From a virus, in IMG/VR virus record IMGVR_UViG_3300011115_000949, positions 1 through 64,000 of that record: DNA of 64,000 nucleotides; one strand, 5' to 3'. The stretch's first letter is position 1. Each line of letters starts with the position of its first letter. The notes under the pieces were generated by a model, which was not told the origin of the DNA, did not search any database, and was given only the letters and a program-made list of their open reading frames with translations. Below, in pieces: positions 60,409 through 64,000 of the stretch. The translations under genes and the position numbers were made by a program.

Positions 60409-61730
60409 TACGAGTAGATGAATATATCTCCCGTACTACTATTTACATATATATTACCGTATCCGTTTGATGTACCACCCCAAGTTGGGTTTGTTGCAGG
60501 AGCACCAGCAGCCGTTTTAGCTGTTACTACAAATTCGTCTGCTGTTAAAGCTGTTACTGTACCTACAGCATCGTATGCTACTGCAAAACGACCATATGTT
60601 CCAGTTGAACCAGCTGAACCAGCTTCTAAATAAAATGCTGAACCTGAACCTGCTGTATTATATTGGGTAATCCAACCTGAGTCTGCTAATGCAGACGAAC
60701 CACTATTAATTAAGATAAACTTATCTCTAATAGTTAAGTTATCTACGTTTGTAAATGAAGCTGTACCTGCTACTGTTAAGTCACCAGTTACAGTTGCATT
60801 ACCAGTTACTGCTAATGTAGTACCGTCAAATGTTAAATTACTTTCACCGTTTATAGTTCCAGCACCTGTTGCAGTTAATATTCTATTATCTGTATTATTG
60901 GTAATAGCGTTTGTAATGTTATTTACGTTAGCAGCGTAAGATGAACTTACAGCTACTGAAGAACTTAAAGCATATGATGCTGTTGTAGCAAATGAAGAGC
61001 TTATAGAATTTAAAACATAAGATGCAGTTGAAGCAAAAGATGCACTTACACCTTGTAAAACATAAGATGCAGTTGAAGCAAATGAACTACTTAAAGCGTA
61101 AGATGCACTTACTGCAACAGACGAACTTAAAGCGTAAGATGAACTGTTAGCATTATTAGCATATGAAGCAGTTGCAGGTACATTAGCTGCGTATGAAGCT
61201 GTAGTAGCAAATGATGAACTAAGTGAATATGATGAACTTACAGCAACAGATGAACTTAAAGCGTAAGAAGCACTATTTGCTTGGGAAGCATAAGAAGCAG
61301 TACCAGTTAAAGTACCAACATGAGAACCAGTAAATGAAGCAGTAATTGAAGTAGCAGTAATAGAGGTAATACCTGTAATAGTAGAAGCTAAAGTTAAACT
61401 ATCACTTGACTCTACTGCTAAATTAGTACCAGCTAAATCTGTTAATAAGTCACCATATGTAATGTATTGGTTACTACTTTGGCTAACAAAGAATTTATCT
61501 GTACTAGTAATGTTGCTTACTTGGGAAGTAGGGAATATTGCAGTTGCAGTAACACCAGTTAAATTACTACCGTCACCTTTAAATGAACCAGTAAATGAAC
61601 CAGTTAAAAACGTTCCCGCTTGTGTTGTTGTTATTGATTGATTAGTACCTACTAATACGCCTAAACTAGAAGTTACTGCTGCTAATTCAGCTTGCGATCC
61701 CGATACTATGACTTTTTTCCAAGTTGCCAT
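60408..61730 (-). CDS. Ser/Ala-rich fibre-like virion protein
   Basis: WKKVIVSGS N-terminus shared with 55161..59849; tandem ASYA/SSFA repeats. Confidence 0.7.
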   Translation of the reverse strand: MATWKKVIVSGSQAELAAVTSSLGVLVGTNQSITTTQAGTFLTGSFTGSFKGDGSNLTGVTATAIFPTSQVSNITSTDKFFVSQSSNQYITYGDLLTDLAGTNLAVESSDSLTLASTITGITSITATSITASFTGSHVGTLTGTASYASQANSASYALSSSVAVSSSYSLSSSFATTASYAANVPATASYANNANSSSYALSSSVAVSASYALSSSFASTASYVLQGVSASFASTASYVLNSISSSFATTASYALSSSVAVSSSYAANVNNITNAITNNTDNRILTATGAGTINGESNLTFDGTTLAVTGNATVTGDLTVAGTASFTNVDNLTIRDKFILINSGSSALADSGWITQYNTAGSGSAFYLEAGSAGSTGTYGRFAVAYDAVGTVTALTADEFVVTAKTAAGAPATNPTWGGTSNGYGNIYVNSSTGDIFIYS

Positions 61731-61771
61731 TATGTTCTAAATTGAATTGTTGTTTATAAATATGTTAAGTT

Positions 61772-62365
61772 TTAATCTAGTCCTACAAAAAATGATGATG
61801 ATGTAAAGTAAATCCCACCATTTGGTGCAGAACCTGTTAGTAATGCTGACTGAGTTGCTACTACTATTATACCACTTTGGCTAACAGTAAATATAGGTAT
61901 ATTATTGTTTTTAATTAAAAATATGTCGTCAACTACAGTTACACTTCCTGACAACACTGTGGGTCCTACATTTATAAATGTGTTAGAGCCACTAACTACA
62001 AAACTACCTGTTATGTATAAATTTGCATTTGAATTCCAACTTCCACTACCTAAAAATGTAAACGGAGCTGATAAGCCACTTGCGCCTACAGGACCAGTTA
62101 AAACTTCTATAACTGTAGTAGACGGTTGAGTAACGAAAACCTCGTTTATAGCAGGATCTGCTGTTAAAACGTTTATTACATTTGGATTATTACCTAATGT
62201 TAATACGGAAACATCCTGAGTTATGTTTGTACTATTTGCAGTTTCTGTAGTTGAGGTAACCTGACTTTTGTCAGTGTTTTGAATTATAGTAATAGAGGTA
62301 CTACTCGGTTCAATAACCGTTACAATGTTTTCTTCAGTGGTTATGTTAACTGAGTTTTGGGCCAT
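61772..62365 (-). CDS. Putative structural protein
   Basis: Beta-rich, SGS repeats, GGIYFTSSSFFVG C-terminus; late block. Confidence 0.55.
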   Translation of the reverse strand: MAQNSVNITTEENIVTVIEPSSTSITIIQNTDKSQVTSTTETANSTNITQDVSVLTLGNNPNVINVLTADPAINEVFVTQPSTTVIEVLTGPVGASGLSAPFTFLGSGSWNSNANLYITGSFVVSGSNTFINVGPTVLSGSVTVVDDIFLIKNNNIPIFTVSQSGIIVVATQSALLTGSAPNGGIYFTSSSFFVGLD

Positions 62366-62380
62366 TTATAGTGAACCCAA

Positions 62381-62797
62381 TTATTGAGGGTTTACTCCTG
62401 TTACTTGTTTACTTAATTTTACTTGACCTTCTAGTAATCTAATTCTATCTGCTCCTGATGTTAATTCTAAATCATAATAAGCAGTATCTGTAAATGTTAA
62501 CGCGTCTGTTGATGCCCAACCTATATAAACACCTATACTACCTGAAACTAAAGAGGTAGTTAAATTACTTCCGGACATGCTTAAAAAAGCACTACCACTA
62601 GTTTTAGTATAAGTGTCTCCTATACTTGAAGTTAAAGTTAAATATGTTGTTCCACTTCCGCTATATGTTGAGCGAATTTGCATAGCTCCTTCGTAACCAC
62701 TTAAATCGATTGGAACTCCTGCTGCTGTTTTGTATTGGAGTTCGAAACTTAGTGTAGAGCCTTGTTCAATAGTGAATGAGTATTTTCCAGCTGCCAT
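62381..62797 (-). CDS. Putative beta-sandwich virion adaptor protein
   Basis: IEQGST, PIDLSGY...MQIR, YYDLEL...RLLEG.V pattern. Confidence 0.6.
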   Translation of the reverse strand: MAAGKYSFTIEQGSTLSFELQYKTAAGVPIDLSGYEGAMQIRSTYSGSGTTYLTLTSSIGDTYTKTSGSAFLSMSGSNLTTSLVSGSIGVYIGWASTDALTFTDTAYYDLELTSGADRIRLLEGQVKLSKQVTGVNPQ

Positions 62798-62824
62798 TTA
62801 TATTTTTATTATAAATATGAAGAG

Positions 62825-63508
62825 CTAGTGAATATCTCTAAATTCTGAGTATACTTTTAGTACTTCTTCTACAATTTCGTGGCGGTGATTAGTTTTTAAT
62901 GTTACAATTCGCACACCTTTTATTTGTTCTTCTAGTCTAGTGAAGAAACTAATACCAGAATCTTTTTTAGATTTTAAATCTACTTGAGTTAAATCGCCAC
63001 AAAATACCATTTTTCCACCTTTACCCAAACGACCTAACATCATTTCAGTTTGTTGGTGAGTAATGTTTTGACATTCGTCTACAATAACAAAACAATTAGG
63101 AAATGTTCTACCTCGCATAAATGCAAATGGTACAATTTCAATATTGTTTTCCGAAACCATTTTGTCTATTTTTTCTTTATCATAAAGTAAATATAAATTA
63201 GAATAAATAGGAGCTAACCAAGGATCCATTTTTTCTTTTAAATCGCCTGGTAAAAATCCTATATCTTCTTTAGCTACGGTTGGGCGAGTAATAATAATCT
63301 TCTCCATTTCTCGCTTAAATACCATATCTAAAGCTATTTGACAGGCAAGTAAGGTTTTACCACTACCAGCCATACCTTTAAGTAAAACAACAGGATTATC
63401 TAAAATTATTTGTTTTGCTTCTTTTTGCTCTTCATTTAAGGATAATTTAAACTTAATTTCACCTTTTGGTTTACGTTTTTCCTTAAAAACCTCTTCATTA
63501 TTTTCCAT
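62825..63508 (-). CDS. phoH: PhoH-like ATPase
   Basis: GMAGSGKT, TRP, GFLPG, FMRGRTF, DECQN, GDLTQVD. Confidence 0.95.
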   Translation of the reverse strand: MENNEEVFKEKRKPKGEIKFKLSLNEEQKEAKQIILDNPVVLLKGMAGSGKTLLACQIALDMVFKREMEKIIITRPTVAKEDIGFLPGDLKEKMDPWLAPIYSNLYLLYDKEKIDKMVSENNIEIVPFAFMRGRTFPNCFVIVDECQNITHQQTEMMLGRLGKGGKMVFCGDLTQVDLKSKKDSGISFFTRLEEQIKGVRIVTLKTNHRHEIVEEVLKVYSEFRDIH

Positions 63509-63530
63509 AGAACGTTTGTTGATAAATATG

Positions 63531-63571
63531 AAAAAAGAAGCCGAGCTTACGGGCTCGGCTTACTTTTATTG
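63531..63571 (-). terminator. Intrinsic terminator after major capsid gene
   Basis: Sense AAGCCGAGC-CCGTAA-GCTCGGCTT-CTTTTTT. Confidence 0.8.
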
Positions 63572-63584
63572 ATTAAAATTTATA

Positions 63585-64000
63585 TTAAAGGGTATTTAAA
63601 CCGCTAACATAAATCTTACCATAGAATTCAGGACGTAACATCTTCTTAGCGTAACGAGTCATTAAACCTTTACGTGGAGTGAAGGTATTTGGATCGTACA
63701 CTAGAGGAGTCATGATCAACGGAATATATGGAGCGAATACAGCACCAGATTCAAGGAACTGTTTACCGCGGAAGCCCATCAATATAACGTTTTCAGTCAT
63801 ATATGGATTCTTATAAACGGTATAACGGTTGTTGATAGTACCGGTTTTCTGAACACCAAAAGCATATTCCATGTTAGTTACATCACCGTTGCTGTTAGAA
63901 GCAAATCCTGGGATTGATTCAAGAACAGTAGCAACTGTTGGAGAACATACCAAGAAATTAGCTCCACCGCGAAGGGTTAACTGGTGGATTTTGTTAGATA
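63585..64000 (-). CDS. Major capsid protein (T4 gp23-like), C-terminal part; runs off the window edge
   Basis: TLRGGANFLVCSP.VA..LE, VYKNPY, APYIPL, DPNTFTPRKGLMTRYA. Confidence 0.92.
   Translation of the reverse strand, partial: SNKIHQLTLRGGANFLVCSPTVATVLESIPGFASNSNGDVTNMEYAFGVQKTGTINNRYTVYKNPYMTENVILMGFRGKQFLESGAVFAPYIPLIMTPLVYDPNTFTPRKGLMTRYAKKMLRPEFYGKIYVSGLNTL

Overview
64 kb of an AT-rich, large T4-like (contractile-tail, probably jumbo) bacteriophage genome. All credible genes are on the minus strand and use the standard code (TAA, TAG and TGA all act as stops). In transcription order (high to low coordinates): 3' end of the major capsid gene, PhoH, Ser/Thr/Ala-rich fibre-like proteins, neck, sheath, tube, tail-assembly chaperone, tape measure and baseplate genes; a replication/recombination block (minimal PolA-like protein, gp32 SSB, UvsX, 5'-3' exonuclease, helicase, NrdB/NrdA); a 7-deazaguanine cluster (TGT/DpdA-like, queC, queD, queE, folE, plus a purine PRTase and two thioredoxins); thyA; a PlcP/LpxH-like phosphoesterase next to a glycosyltransferase; PolB, clamp, hsp20-groES-groEL, clamp loader, Cas4-like nuclease; and a glycosyl-/methyltransferase cluster. 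Two promoter classes are visible: TTG-N19-21-TA(C/T)ATTTA, resembling the Bacteroidota housekeeping promoter (host inference), and a late-type ATATTTAT motif. Most notable: the atypical deazaguanine cluster, a probable +1/-2 programmed frameshift before the tape measure gene, a 20-bp 5'UTR-3'UTR RNA duplex enclosing hsp20, and a three-way-junction RNA leader on the largest fibre gene. All calls come from motif recognition by eye; no database searches were run.
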